Assembly (NCBI GenBank): GCA_026396575.1
Contig: JAPLWM010000007.1
Coordinates: 11,546 to 75,545, forward strand
Reading direction: 5' to 3'
Length of the DNA: 64,000 bases
Source of the DNA: Candidatus Komeilibacteria bacterium
Lineage (GTDB): Bacteria > Patescibacteriota > Patescibacteriia > UBA1558 > UBA10009
Position 1 is the first letter of the stretch. Each line of letters starts with the position of its first letter. The translations under genes were made by a program, and so were the position numbers. The notes beneath the pieces were generated by a model. The model was not told where the DNA came from. It saw only the letters and a list, made by a program, of their open reading frames with translations, and did not search any database. Positions 17,940 to 27,934 of the stretch are shown piece after piece.

Positions 17940-20035
17940 TATTTGAACAGATAATTTTTATTGTCGATAACAAACCAGCGTTGAGCTGATTTTTTTTGTT
18001 CAACAATAATTTTAGCGGCGTTATTCCAGTAGCCGTTCAAAACAAAATAAACGTCCGTCACTCCGGTTAAATATTTAACCGTGGCAATGGTATCGCCGGT
18101 TTTTTGTTTGCCGTAGGCCAAATCCTCGTATAATTGGTAGAGCTGGCCGCCGGTGGGCACCGGGTAAAAGAAAAAATTGTTATAGTAATATTTAAAACCC
18201 AGCTCGGAAATGGCCGCTGCCGAAACCGGCTGGGCGGCCAGCACCACGTACGGCTGGCCGTTTTGCGCCTTTTCAATAAAATTAACGGTTTTTAAATCCG
18301 CGGCCGAAGTGGAGTAGCCGTGGTCTTCCACGATTTTATCAACACGGGGGTAAGCCAGATAAAAAGAACAGGTTAAAGCTAAGGCCATTAAGCAGCCGGC
18401 CAGCAAAATAACGGCGGGCGATTGATGCAACAGTTTTTTAAAAAATAACAGCAGGGCCATAAAAATAAAGGGCAGCAGCAAGTATAAGCTGATTTCTAAA
18501 ACCCGCCTGGGATAGGTAGTCTGCTCGTAAGCCACCAGTGAAAAAAAGGAAATTAAACCCTTAAGCAGCAGGTAATTAACCAGCAGCATAACAAAGCTTA
18601 AGAGATAGATAAAATAATGCTTTAACCTGTGGTTTTTTATAATAAACCAGCAGCCGGCCGTTGCCAAGGCCAAGGCCAGTAAAACGGCATTGTTGCCATA
18701 GCTGTAAATTAAATCGGTTAAGCTTATAAACGGGCGATAGTAAAAATTAAGCGGCACGCCGATGACGGCATTGAAAATATTCTTCAGCCAATCGCTGTTT
18801 AGGGAAATTTTCAATTGGGACAGGGTTTGGGAGTTGATCAAGAAAGCCACGGGCAGGGCCAAACAGCCCAGGATAAAAATTTCCCACAAAATGGAGCGGT
18901 GTAATATTTTCGGCAATTTGAATTTTTGTTCATGATGCTGGTAAAAAAGGAGCAGGCTGAAAAAGAAAAACAAGGGCAGGCCGGCTAAAGGATGAATGGT
19001 TAAGGTTATAAAAACCAAAGCCGCAAGCGGCCACAGGGAAACGCGCGGATGGTTAAGATAGTAAAAAGACAGCAAGACGGTAATTAAAAAGAATAAGTTA
19101 GCCAAGGCCTGGGGCGTAGTTACTATAAAACCGGCAAAAGGAAAGATAAAAATCGCCAAGACTGAAAATAAAACCACTTTTTTGTCGATTTTAAAATTAT
19201 CCTTAAGCGAGTAATAAATCGTAGCCGGCAGATAAATCGCGGCCATAACCGGCACTAACAATTTATCCAAGTATTCGGTGGAAATTTTTAAGAGGCGATA
19301 AAGGAAAATAATAATCCCGTATTGGCCCAGGTAATAAAAGGGTTTGGGCAGCAGCGTGCCGGTTGATAAAATTAAGTTGACATTTTGCCGGTGGATAAAC
19401 GGATCATAGTCAAAGCCCACTTTAAAAATGATCCAGGCTACGGAAAAACCCAAGAAAGCGTGCAGGGAAATAAGGCTTAAAACGCCGGAGCTGGAGGAAA
19501 TTTTAATAATGGCGAATAAAATAAAGCTGGCTAAAAAGTACAGCAGGAAGATTTGAGGTTTTATTGCTTCCCAAGGCGAGCGCAAGGCCGTATCGGTAGC
19601 GCCTTGCCAAATCAGCCAGGCCATCAGCCCGAGGCAGATTAAATAAACCGCGGTTAAAAACGCCACGCTTAAGTTGATTTTCGGCAGTTCCTGGGAAAAA
19701 TCCAGAATCAGAGGATGTTTTCTTATGATAAATAAAGAAACAACGGTAATAACCAGCAGGGCAATGGCCTGGGCCATCAGGTTTATGCTGAACAGGTAAA
19801 AACAGGCGGTTAAGCTCAAGCTGCCCAGCACCAAAACAAACAGCAAACCGTAGATTAAGCGGCAACTTAGAGAGTTTTTAATAAACAGCCAGTTGCCGAT
19901 AACCAGGCCGTTTAAAATCAGCCAGAGCCCGCCAAAAACCAGAGGCAGATAAAAATTCTGCCAGTTAACTAAACTGCCGGCGGCTAAAACCAGGCCGAGT
20001 AAAAGATATCGGGGGAGCTTAATGGTAAATACCAT
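17936..20035 (-). CDS. Large polytopic membrane protein (15 or more TM helices) with a C-terminal extracytoplasmic domain. Possibly a GT-C-like glycosyltransferase or polymerase.
   Basis: 699 aa, almost entirely hydrophobic helices, then a roughly 140 aa soluble tail. No motif I can name with confidence. It is divergently paired with the GT-C gene at 20184. Confidence 0.4.
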   Translation of the reverse strand: MVFTIKLPRYLLLGLVLAAGSLVNWQNFYLPLVFGGLWLILNGLVIGNWLFIKNSLSCRLIYGLLFVLVLGSLSLTACFYLFSINLMAQAIALLVITVVSLFIIRKHPLILDFSQELPKINLSVAFLTAVYLICLGLMAWLIWQGATDTALRSPWEAIKPQIFLLYFLASFILFAIIKISSSSGVLSLISLHAFLGFSVAWIIFKVGFDYDPFIHRQNVNLILSTGTLLPKPFYYLGQYGIIIFLYRLLKISTEYLDKLLVPVMAAIYLPATIYYSLKDNFKIDKKVVLFSVLAIFIFPFAGFIVTTPQALANLFFLITVLLSFYYLNHPRVSLWPLAALVFITLTIHPLAGLPLFFFFSLLLFYQHHEQKFKLPKILHRSILWEIFILGCLALPVAFLINSQTLSQLKISLNSDWLKNIFNAVIGVPLNFYYRPFISLTDLIYSYGNNAVLLALALATAGCWFIIKNHRLKHYFIYLLSFVMLLVNYLLLKGLISFFSLVAYEQTTYPRRVLEISLYLLLPFIFMALLLFFKKLLHQSPAVILLAGCLMALALTCSFYLAYPRVDKIVEDHGYSTSAADLKTVNFIEKAQNGQPYVVLAAQPVSAAAISELGFKYYYNNFFFYPVPTGGQLYQLYEDLAYGKQKTGDTIATVKYLTGVTDVYFVLNGYWNNAAKIIVEQKKSAQRWFVIDNKNYLFKY

Positions 20036-20183
20036 AGCTATATTTTACCACAATTTACCCCAGTTTGTCTTTTAAGGCATTTTCTAGTAAAATTAAGGCA
20101 ATTAATCAGTTAAATTAAGCAGAATTATCTCCATTTTTAAAAGAAAAATCGCGATTGACTGGCAGTTCCTGGTTCTACTCGTT

Positions 20184-21791
20184 TTGGGGCTGGTTTTTAT
20201 TTGCCTATATTCCTATTTGGCTTTGGCTCAAAGCGCTGTTTGGGATAACGCCAAGCCGGTTTTAAATTCGCCGGACGAAACCAGCAATTTGTTTTTCGCC
20301 AAATTGTTCGCCGATCACAATACTTTAAAGTTTCAGGATCCGGCCAATCAAATTGCGAACGGCTTGGTTACGCCGCGCAGCATGAGGGTAATTAACGGTT
20401 TCACCGTTCCGGCCGGTTTTTTGGGCCTGCCCTTGATTTACGGCACTCTGGCCAAATTAACGGGGGAGTGTGCCATTCCGTTTTTTACTCCAATTATCGC
20501 CATCGTCGGCTTGTTGTTTTTTTACTGTTTAATCAAGGAAATTTTTGATAAAAATACGGCTTTTGTGGCCGCGCTCTTTGCCTTTATTCTGCCGCCGTTT
20601 TGGTATTATGCCACTAAGGGTTTAATGCCCAATGTGGCCTTTGTTTCGTTTTTTATCATGGCTTTGTATTTTTTCATTCGCGCCATAAACGGGAAAAAAT
20701 GGTGGCTTTTTGCTTTAGCCGGATTATTTGCCGGCTTGGCTTTAATGGTCAGGACTTCGGAAGTTGTTTGGCTGGCACCGCTGTTCTTGCTATTGGTTGC
20801 CTTTAATTTCCGCAAAGTTAAGTGGGGTTATCTGCTTTTAAGCTTTTTGGTTTTTTTGGCAACTTTGGCGCCGATTTTTTATTTTAACAAGCAAATTTAC
20901 GGCTCGGTTTTTTCGGTGGGCTATTCTTTGGCCATCGATTTATCCAATAAGGATATCTTGGGCCAGAGCTTAACTTTGGCTCAAAAAATCTTTTTACCCT
21001 TCGGTTTTAATCCTCAAGCGGCTTTAAAAAATTTAACCAATTACACGGTGCGGATTTTTCCGCTGTGGTCGTTCTTAATCGGCTTTGGCTGGTTAATCAC
21101 CACCCTCTATTGGCTGACGGCTAAAAAATTGGCCAATCGCAAAGTTTATTTGCTTTACAATCTGTTGTTTTTATTGATCGGCGCTTATTTGGTAATTTTT
21201 TACGGCAGCTGGCTGTTTAGCGATAATCCCGATCCCGAAGCAGTAACCATCGGCACTTCTTACATCAGGTATTGGCTGCCTTTATATTTGTTCAGTTTGC
21301 CGTTTTTGGCTTATTTGTTAATCAATGCTTTTAAGCGTTTTAAATTGGCCGGTCCGGTTTTCATTGTTTATCTGTGGCTTTTATGCGGTTTTACATCCTA
21401 TCAGCTGGTTATGCTTAATGATCAGGAAGGAATTTTAGCGGTGCAAAAAAACATTAACGAATATCAAATTATTGCCACTGAAGTTATCAACCGCACTCCG
21501 GCCAAGGCGGTAATTATTGCCGATCGGCTGGATAAAGTTTTTTTCCCGGACCGGAGCGTAATTTTCCGTTTAAACGTGGCGGCGGATTATGTTAGAATAA
21601 ACGAGCTGATCGCCGGCGGTTATCCCGTTTATTGGTTTAATTTTACCAGAACCGCCGATGACTTGGCTTATTTTAATAAGCAGAGTTTTGAGCCGTATCG
21701 GCTTAAGTTGGGCAACAGCTTGCTTTCTTTTGCCAAGCAAAGTTTGTATCCCGTGGAAATTATCCCAAAGGGATTCCTTCGGGAAAAATAA
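20184..21791 (+). CDS. GT-C superfamily glycosyltransferase (ArnT / PMT / GT39-GT83-like, polyprenyl-phosphate-sugar dependent).
   Basis: TM1 is followed by the first-loop acidic motif NSPDETSNLFFAKL (the DE motif of ArnT/PMT). 11 or more TM helices, then a C-terminal soluble domain. The start is uncertain (TTG at 20184; there is no in-frame ATG upstream). Confidence 0.6.
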   Translation: MGLVFICLYSYLALAQSAVWDNAKPVLNSPDETSNLFFAKLFADHNTLKFQDPANQIANGLVTPRSMRVINGFTVPAGFLGLPLIYGTLAKLTGECAIPFFTPIIAIVGLLFFYCLIKEIFDKNTAFVAALFAFILPPFWYYATKGLMPNVAFVSFFIMALYFFIRAINGKKWWLFALAGLFAGLALMVRTSEVVWLAPLFLLLVAFNFRKVKWGYLLLSFLVFLATLAPIFYFNKQIYGSVFSVGYSLAIDLSNKDILGQSLTLAQKIFLPFGFNPQAALKNLTNYTVRIFPLWSFLIGFGWLITTLYWLTAKKLANRKVYLLYNLLFLLIGAYLVIFYGSWLFSDNPDPEAVTIGTSYIRYWLPLYLFSLPFLAYLLINAFKRFKLAGPVFIVYLWLLCGFTSYQLVMLNDQEGILAVQKNINEYQIIATEVINRTPAKAVIIADRLDKVFFPDRSVIFRLNVAADYVRINELIAGGYPVYWFNFTRTADDLAYFNKQSFEPYRLKLGNSLLSFAKQSLYPVEIIPKGFLREK

Positions 21792-21793
21792 AA

Positions 21794-22600
21794 ATGAAAA
21801 GATTTTTCGATAATTTGTATAAAGCCAGCCGGATAATTATTATTTTGGCGCCTTTTGTTATTTTGGGCTGGTTAATTAAACAGGATCTGGCTTTAACGGG
21901 CCGGTTGGAATTTACTTACGATTTCAGCCACGATTCGCCGGTTATTACCGATTTATTTCCGGCCGGCAGATGTTCCCAAATTTTCCAGGTTAAGGATAAA
22001 CAGGAGTTTTTCCAGCAGATTTTTAATGAGCCGGTTTATTTTGAAGTGCGAATGCCGCAAAAGTTTGATACGGCCACGGTGGAAATAACTTACCAAAATA
22101 TCAAACAGCCGCTGATTCAGCTGGGCCTGGCTACTTTGGGCAGCCAGGATTGGAGCTACGATTTTAAGCCCTTGGAAAATCAAAGCTTGGATAGTTTGAA
22201 TTGGTTCAAAATTGCCGATAGCCAAGGCACCATTTGGCAGCGCCAGAAAAAATATTTGAATCGCGAGCAGTTTAATTCCGAAGCCGATAATTTTGAAAAT
22301 AAAATAGTTTATAATTTTAATTCAAAAGATTCTGAAATTCCTTCAACCATTGATTACTTAGTGAGCGATTACCGCAGTCCTCAAGAAGTTAACGGCTGGA
22401 AAACGGCCACGGTTAAGTTTAACCTGGCCAATGCCCGCCTTAACAACCGCAAAGTGCGATTTGCCATCAGTTCGCCGGGTTTAAACAACGGCAATTACAA
22501 TATTCCGCTTCTAAATATCAAAGTGGTTTTTGCCAAGCAGCCCTTAACTTTTAAAGAAATTATTTTAAAAGGTTTTAATTATTTTAAAGCCCGATTTTAA
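21794..22600 (+). CDS. Hypothetical protein with an N-terminal TM anchor.
   Basis: ORF of 268 aa tightly coupled to the GT-C gene. No recognised motif. Confidence 0.4.
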   Translation: MKRFFDNLYKASRIIIILAPFVILGWLIKQDLALTGRLEFTYDFSHDSPVITDLFPAGRCSQIFQVKDKQEFFQQIFNEPVYFEVRMPQKFDTATVEITYQNIKQPLIQLGLATLGSQDWSYDFKPLENQSLDSLNWFKIADSQGTIWQRQKKYLNREQFNSEADNFENKIVYNFNSKDSEIPSTIDYLVSDYRSPQEVNGWKTATVKFNLANARLNNRKVRFAISSPGLNNGNYNIPLLNIKVVFAKQPLTFKEIILKGFNYFKARF

Positions 22601-22605
22601 ATTTT

Positions 22606-23007
22606 ATGTTTCCCTTTGCTCCCCGCCGCAATTTTTTCCATTATTTGGCCGAATATCTGGTAAAGATAAGCTTAACGCTTTTTAAAGTTTCCACCATTGC
22701 TTTTATTGCTTATTTCGCCTTGGAAAGCTTTAAAACCGGCTTGATCAGCAATTATTTTGATTTAAATCTACTATTAATACTCTCTATATTAAGCGGTTTA
22801 GTAGTCATTTTGTTTTATCGTCCGGAAGCTCAAAAAAAGGAGTTAAAAAATCATTATTTGCTGCATTTTATCTTAATTTTCGTTTTTGCCTTGTTTTTAT
22901 TCTTAAGCTTGCATTTTTTGGGAAAAATTGGTTTAATTATGTCTGTTTTAGGGGCCGCGAGCCTTTATTTGATTATTAATCTTTTTAACCGCCATTATTA
23001 TGATTGA
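22606..23007 (+). CDS. Small integral membrane protein (4 TM helices).
   Basis: 133 aa, hydrophobic throughout. It overlaps the next gene's start. Confidence 0.4.
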   Translation: MFPFAPRRNFFHYLAEYLVKISLTLFKVSTIAFIAYFALESFKTGLISNYFDLNLLLILSILSGLVVILFYRPEAQKKELKNHYLLHFILIFVFALFLFLSLHFLGKIGLIMSVLGAASLYLIINLFNRHYYD

Positions 23008-23476
23008 AGGCGTGGAAGTTAAAAAATTGGCCGTTCACGGGGATGAACGCGGTTTGTTGATGGAGTTTTTGCGCGACGATGAGCCGCTGTTCCAAAAATT
23101 CGGCCAGGTTTATTTAACTTTGGTAAAAAGGGGAATAGCCAAGGCCTGGCATTTCCATGAATTGCAGGACGACCATTTTATCTGCGTGGAAGGCAAAGCC
23201 CTGGTGGCTTTATGCGATTTGCGAAAAGATTCCAAAACTTACAAGCAAACGCAGGATTTTGTTTTAGCCGCGCCGGATATTGAAGGCGAACATCTTTTAG
23301 TGAGAATTCCCAAAGGCGTTGCTCATGGTTTTACAGCTATTGATTGCGATCAGGCAAAAATCATTAATGTTCCAACGATGCATTACAATTACGATAAACC
23401 GGATGAAATCCGCTTTCCCTGGAACGATCCCAATATCAATTACCAGTGGCCAGAAGAAGTAAAGAGCGGGGGATAA
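23000..23476 (+). CDS. rmlC: dTDP-4-dehydrorhamnose 3,5-epimerase-like cupin.
   Basis: HGDERGLLMEF and IPKGVAHGF, which match the RmlC-type His/Asp and AHGF blocks. 158 aa. Confidence 0.6.
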   Translation: MIEGVEVKKLAVHGDERGLLMEFLRDDEPLFQKFGQVYLTLVKRGIAKAWHFHELQDDHFICVEGKALVALCDLRKDSKTYKQTQDFVLAAPDIEGEHLLVRIPKGVAHGFTAIDCDQAKIINVPTMHYNYDKPDEIRFPWNDPNINYQWPEEVKSGG

Positions 23477-23498
23477 TTTTTAAATAGAGAATTAATTT

Positions 23499-23903
23499 AT
23501 GGATTGCATATTTTGCAAAATAATCGAAGGCGAACTGCCTTGCTATAAAATTTACGAAGATAAGCGGATTATCGCCATTTTGGATATTAATCCGGTTAAC
23601 AAAGGGCATCTGCTCATTTTACCAAAAGAGCATTACCTTAATTTTTTGGAAGCGCCGAAAGACCTGTTAAAGGATCTGGTTTCTGTTTCCCAGGATTTGG
23701 TTAAAGCAACCATGGAAGCGGTTGGCGCCACCGGTTTTAATTTAATTATTAATAATGGCAAGGCCGGCGGACAGCTAGTTGATCATCTGCATTTGCATTT
23801 AATTCCGCGCTTTATCGACGATAAGCTGCATCCTTGGGCCGGCAAGGCCTTAAGTGATGAGGAAATGCGCCGGGTAATGGAAAACATTAAAAAAATCATA
23901 TGA
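23499..23903 (+). CDS. HIT-family nucleotide hydrolase/transferase.
   Basis: Histidine triad HLHLHLIPR (HxHxHxx) plus an N-terminal CxxC. Confidence 0.8.
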   Translation: MDCIFCKIIEGELPCYKIYEDKRIIAILDINPVNKGHLLILPKEHYLNFLEAPKDLLKDLVSVSQDLVKATMEAVGATGFNLIINNGKAGGQLVDHLHLHLIPRFIDDKLHPWAGKALSDEEMRRVMENIKKII

Positions 23904-24874
23904 GCATTATTGTTTCCGGTTCAACCGTTTTTGACAGGATTATGGATTTTCCGGGGCTGTTTAGCGATCATATTCTGCCGCAGGAAATCCATAAATTAAA
24001 TGTCAGCTTCGTGGTTAGGGAATTTAAAGAAACTTTCGGCGGGGCCGCAGCCAACATTGCCTATAATTTGGCTTTGCTAAAAGAAACGCCGCTGTTATAT
24101 TCGGCGGTGGGCAAGGATTTCGGCAAATACGGCGAACGCCTTAAAAAACTGAACATTAATTTAAGCGGGGTAAAAGTTTATCCGCAAACATTTACGGCCA
24201 GCGCCTATATTATTACCGATAAAAGCGATAATCAAATTACCGGCTTTTTCCCGGGCGCTATGAGTTTTTACGCGAGTACGCCCAAAGCCACGGCAAACGA
24301 TTTGGCCATTATTTCACCGGGCAACGCCAACGAAATGCTGGATCTGGCCGAAAATTATTTTAAAAAGAAAGTTCCTTTTATTTTCGATCCTGGCCAGCAG
24401 ATTATCCAGTTTACCAAAAACCAGTTAAGAACGGCTATTAACCAGGCCTCGATTTACATTGTTAACGATTATGAATTGTCTTTGACTAAAAAAATTACCG
24501 GCTGGCCGCAGGAAAAAATTTTAAAAGCGGCTAAAATATTAATTGTTACTTTAGGCAAGCAAGGTTCGGTAATAGAACTGTGCCAAGGCCGCTCTTTGGA
24601 AAGAGTAAAAATAAAGCCGGCTAAAGTTAAAGTTGTTAAAGATCCTACCGGTGCCGGCGACGCTTATCGAGCCGGTTTGATTAAGGGATTATTATTAAGT
24701 AAAATGAAATTGAACACTGAAAATTATTTCAAGCTGCCCTGGATAGAAATCGGGCAGATCGCCAGTTTAGCTTCAGTTTACGCCGTGGAAGAATACGGCA
24801 CCCAGGCCCATAGCTACACTTTGAAAGAATTCAAAGACAGGTATTTTAAAGAATTCAAATCCACAATTTTATAA
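23900..24874 (+). CDS. PfkB-family carbohydrate/nucleoside kinase (candidate adenosine kinase).
   Basis: C-terminal DPTGAGDAYRAGLIKG (the PfkB signature 2). Its position between the HIT protein and AhcY suggests a nucleoside substrate. Confidence 0.65.
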   Translation: MSIIVSGSTVFDRIMDFPGLFSDHILPQEIHKLNVSFVVREFKETFGGAAANIAYNLALLKETPLLYSAVGKDFGKYGERLKKLNINLSGVKVYPQTFTASAYIITDKSDNQITGFFPGAMSFYASTPKATANDLAIISPGNANEMLDLAENYFKKKVPFIFDPGQQIIQFTKNQLRTAINQASIYIVNDYELSLTKKITGWPQEKILKAAKILIVTLGKQGSVIELCQGRSLERVKIKPAKVKVVKDPTGAGDAYRAGLIKGLLLSKMKLNTENYFKLPWIEIGQIASLASVYAVEEYGTQAHSYTLKEFKDRYFKEFKSTIL

Positions 24875-24891
24875 TTAATAATTATTAAGTC

Positions 24892-26148
24892 ATGAAATAC
24901 GACATCAAGAATATCAAATTGGCTATGCTGGGCAAAAGAAAAATAGAATGGGCCGAAAAGCAAATGGACGTTTTGCGGGAAATCGGCTTGAGGTTTTCCA
25001 AAACCAAACCCTTAAAAGGAGTAAAGCTGGCGGCTTGTTTGCACGTTACCGCCGAAACCGCCAATTTAATGAGAACTTTAAAAGCGGGCGGCGCCAGCGT
25101 AGTGCTTTGCGCTTCCAATCCGCTATCAACCCAGGATGAAGTGGCGGCCAGCTTGGTTAAAGATTTCGGCATTCCGGTGTTTGCTAAAAACAACATTGAC
25201 CGGGCCGGCTATTACCGCCATCTTAACAGCGCCTTGGATACCAAGCCCAACATTACCATGGATGATGGCGCCGATTTGGTTTCTTTGATCCATACCAAAA
25301 GAAAAAATTTGGTTAAAAACATTTATGGCGGTTCGGAAGAAACCACTACTGGCGTTATCCGCTTGCGGGCTTTGGCCGCCGAAAAAAAATTGCTTTACCC
25401 GATTGTGGCGGTTAACGATGCAGCCACTAAGCATTTCTTTGATAACCGTTACGGCACCGGCCAATCCACTTTGGACGGCATTATCCGGGCAACCAACATT
25501 TTATTGGCAGGTAAAACAGTGGTGGTGGCCGGCTATGGCTGGTGCGGCCGCGGTTTTGCCCTAAAAGCCCGCGGTATGGGCGCCAAGGCGATTGTTACCG
25601 AAGTTGACCCGGTAAAGGCCTTGGAAGCGGTTATGGACGGCCTGGAGGTTAAAACTATGCTCCAGGCGGCTCCTCTCGGCGATATCTTTTGCACTTTAAC
25701 CGGCGATATCCATATAATCCGCAAAGAGCACTTTTTAAAGATGAAAAACGGTGCCATTGTTTGCAACTCCGGCCACTTTGACGTAGAGCTGGATTTGGTG
25801 GGCTTAAAGAAAATCTCCAAAAAAGTGGAAACGGTCAGGCCGTTTGTTCAGAATTATCATTTAAAAAACGGCAAATCGATCAATGTTTTGGCCGAGGGCC
25901 GTTTGATTAATCTGGCTTCGGCCGAAGGCCATCCGGCTTCGGTAATGGATATGAGTTTTGCCAACCAATCCTTGGCCGCCGAATTCGTGGTAAAAAATTA
26001 CAAGCATTTGGAAAAACGGGTTTACGATGTTACCGATAAAACCGACCAATACATTGCCCGGACAAAATTGCGGGCGATCGGCGTGAGCGTTGATAAATTA
26101 ACAGCCGAACAGGTTAAGTACCTTTCCAGCTGGGAAATGGGTACGTAG
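24892..26148 (+). CDS. ahcY: S-adenosyl-L-homocysteine hydrolase (short archaeal-type form).
   Basis: N-terminal DIKNIKLA...IEWAEKQM and the NAD-binding [14 protein letters not shown]. 418 aa. Confidence 0.8.
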   Translation: MKYDIKNIKLAMLGKRKIEWAEKQMDVLREIGLRFSKTKPLKGVKLAACLHVTAETANLMRTLKAGGASVVLCASNPLSTQDEVAASLVKDFGIPVFAKNNIDRAGYYRHLNSALDTKPNITMDDGADLVSLIHTKRKNLVKNIYGGSEETTTGVIRLRALAAEKKLLYPIVAVNDAATKHFFDNRYGTGQSTLDGIIRATNILLAGKTVVVAGYGWCGRGFALKARGMGAKAIVTEVDPVKALEAVMDGLEVKTMLQAAPLGDIFCTLTGDIHIIRKEHFLKMKNGAIVCNSGHFDVELDLVGLKKISKKVETVRPFVQNYHLKNGKSINVLAEGRLINLASAEGHPASVMDMSFANQSLAAEFVVKNYKHLEKRVYDVTDKTDQYIARTKLRAIGVSVDKLTAEQVKYLSSWEMGT

Positions 26149-26159
26149 GATTTTAAAAA

Positions 26160-26267
26160 GCGAGTACGGGCAAGAAAAATTTATTCGCCCCCCGGACCTC
26201 GTTGGTGGTGCAAGGCGCATAATTATGCGCCTCTACAAGCTTCACAAATTTTTCTTGCCCTCGCGAC
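26160..26267. repeat. Intergenic nested inverted repeat: a 15-bp perfect outer stem enclosing an 18-bp perfect palindrome.
   Basis: gggcaagaaaaattt (26168-26182) is the exact reverse complement of aaatttttcttgccc (26246-26260). Inside lies ggcgcataattatgcgcc (26214-26231), a perfect palindrome. Confidence 0.6.
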
Positions 26268-26282
26268 TTAATATATAACAAT

Positions 26283-27284
26283 ATGAATTTACTAGTTACC
26301 GGCGGAGCGGGTTTTGCCGGATCCAACTTTATCAGGCATATCCTAAAGAAGTATCCAAATTACACGATAGTAAATTTGGATAAGTTAACCTATGCCGGCA
26401 ATTTGGATAATTTGCGGGATATTGAAGGCAACTCCAATTATAAATTCATTAAAGGCGATATTGCCGATAAGCGCATTGTTTTTAAGGTTTGCCGGAATTT
26501 CAGGATTGAAGCCGTAATAAATTATGCCGCCGAAACCCACGTGGACCGTTCCATTTTGGATCCCGACGCCTTTGTTAAAACGGATGTTTTGGGCACTTTT
26601 AATATTTTGGAAGCGGTTAAGGAATTTAAGCTTAAAAAATTCGTCCAGATTTCCACCGACGAAGTTTACGGCAGCATAACTAAGGGCAAGTTTACCGAAG
26701 AATCGCCGTTTTTGCCCAATTCGCCTTACAGCGCTTCCAAAGCCAGCGCCGATTTATTGTGCCGTGCTTATCTTAAAACCTATAATTTGCCCATTATCGT
26801 TACCCATTCCTGCAATTTTTACGGGCCTTACCAGTATCCGGAAAAATTAATGCCTTTATTCATCACTAATTTATTGGAAGGCAAAAAAGTGCCGCTTTAT
26901 GGCGACGGTAAAAACGTTCGGGAATGGATTTACGTATTGGACCATTGCTGGGCCATTGATTTCTTATTGCACAAAGGCGCACTTGGCGAAGTTTACAATA
27001 TCGGCACCGGTACCGAAAAAAAGAATCTGGAAATTACCGAAATTATTTTAAAAAGTTTGAATAAAGACAAAAAAATGGTGGAGCATATCGTTGATCGGCC
27101 GGGCCATGATTTAAGGTATGCCGTGGATTGGACCAAGCTTAAAAAAATGGGCTGGAACCCGGAATACGATTTTGACCGGGCCATTAGGGAAACGGTCAGG
27201 TGGTACCAGCAAAACGAATGGTGGTGGAAAAAGCTTAAAAGCGGCGCTTATTTGGAATATTATAAAAAACAGTACCGTTTATGA
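26283..27284 (+). CDS. rmlB: dTDP-glucose 4,6-dehydratase.
   Basis: MNLLVTGGAGFAGSNF, NLDKLTYAGN, and Y...K with DEVYG. Confidence 0.8.
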   Translation: MNLLVTGGAGFAGSNFIRHILKKYPNYTIVNLDKLTYAGNLDNLRDIEGNSNYKFIKGDIADKRIVFKVCRNFRIEAVINYAAETHVDRSILDPDAFVKTDVLGTFNILEAVKEFKLKKFVQISTDEVYGSITKGKFTEESPFLPNSPYSASKASADLLCRAYLKTYNLPIIVTHSCNFYGPYQYPEKLMPLFITNLLEGKKVPLYGDGKNVREWIYVLDHCWAIDFLLHKGALGEVYNIGTGTEKKNLEITEIILKSLNKDKKMVEHIVDRPGHDLRYAVDWTKLKKMGWNPEYDFDRAIRETVRWYQQNEWWWKKLKSGAYLEYYKKQYRL

Positions 27285-27934
27285 GAAAAGTTTTACCCTG
27301 CATTACCACTACTAAAAATACTTGGCGCCAACAGCTAAAAGATATTAATCGGTTAAAAATCAAGGAAGTCGCCGTTTTTTTGACAATGCTGGATTATGCC
27401 GGCCGAAAGGAGTTTTATAAAAAATTAAAAAAATCAACGATTGTTTCCATTCCGCATTTGCACATTAGAAACGATTTTACTCCGGCTGAAATAGATTTTT
27501 TCTATCAAAACTATAAAACCAGGCAATTCAACACTCACGGCAACTATTTGGATAATTTTAGAGCCAATCCTTATTTTAAAAAATATTTTTCGTTGGAAAC
27601 GACAACTTGGTTTACTTTGGAATATTTAAAACAGCTGAACAATCATTATTGTTTGGATTTAGCTCATTATTTTTCTTATCGAGTTCATTTAATCAAGTGG
27701 AACATTGTTAAAATAATCGATCAGAAAATAAAACAGGGGATCTTGCCTTTGGCCAATCATTTAAGCGGTTTTAGCAAAGCCACTCAAGACACTCATTTTG
27801 CCAGCAACATTAATTATTTTGATTATTTAAAAAGAACGCCGAAAAAATATTTGGCCAAGATTATGGCTTTGGAATTGGAAAATTCCATACCGGAACAGCT
27901 GGAATTTATTAAATACATTAAAACATTGTTATGA
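27281..27934 (+). CDS. Hypothetical protein embedded in the rml cluster.
   Basis: 217 aa ORF start/stop-coupled on both sides (ATGA overlaps). No recognised motif. Confidence 0.4.
   Translation: MRKVLPCITTTKNTWRQQLKDINRLKIKEVAVFLTMLDYAGRKEFYKKLKKSTIVSIPHLHIRNDFTPAEIDFFYQNYKTRQFNTHGNYLDNFRANPYFKKYFSLETTTWFTLEYLKQLNNHYCLDLAHYFSYRVHLIKWNIVKIIDQKIKQGILPLANHLSGFSKATQDTHFASNINYFDYLKRTPKKYLAKIMALELENSIPEQLEFIKYIKTLL

Noticed and set aside
24885-25196. Numerous 60-120-aa ORFs on the strand opposite to, or in alternative frames of, long genes (for example 336..527, 2020..2268, 10642..11004, 25126..25464, 54583..55107).
   Set aside because: All are nested in high-confidence genes with recognisable protein families. 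They have no independent start context or motifs.
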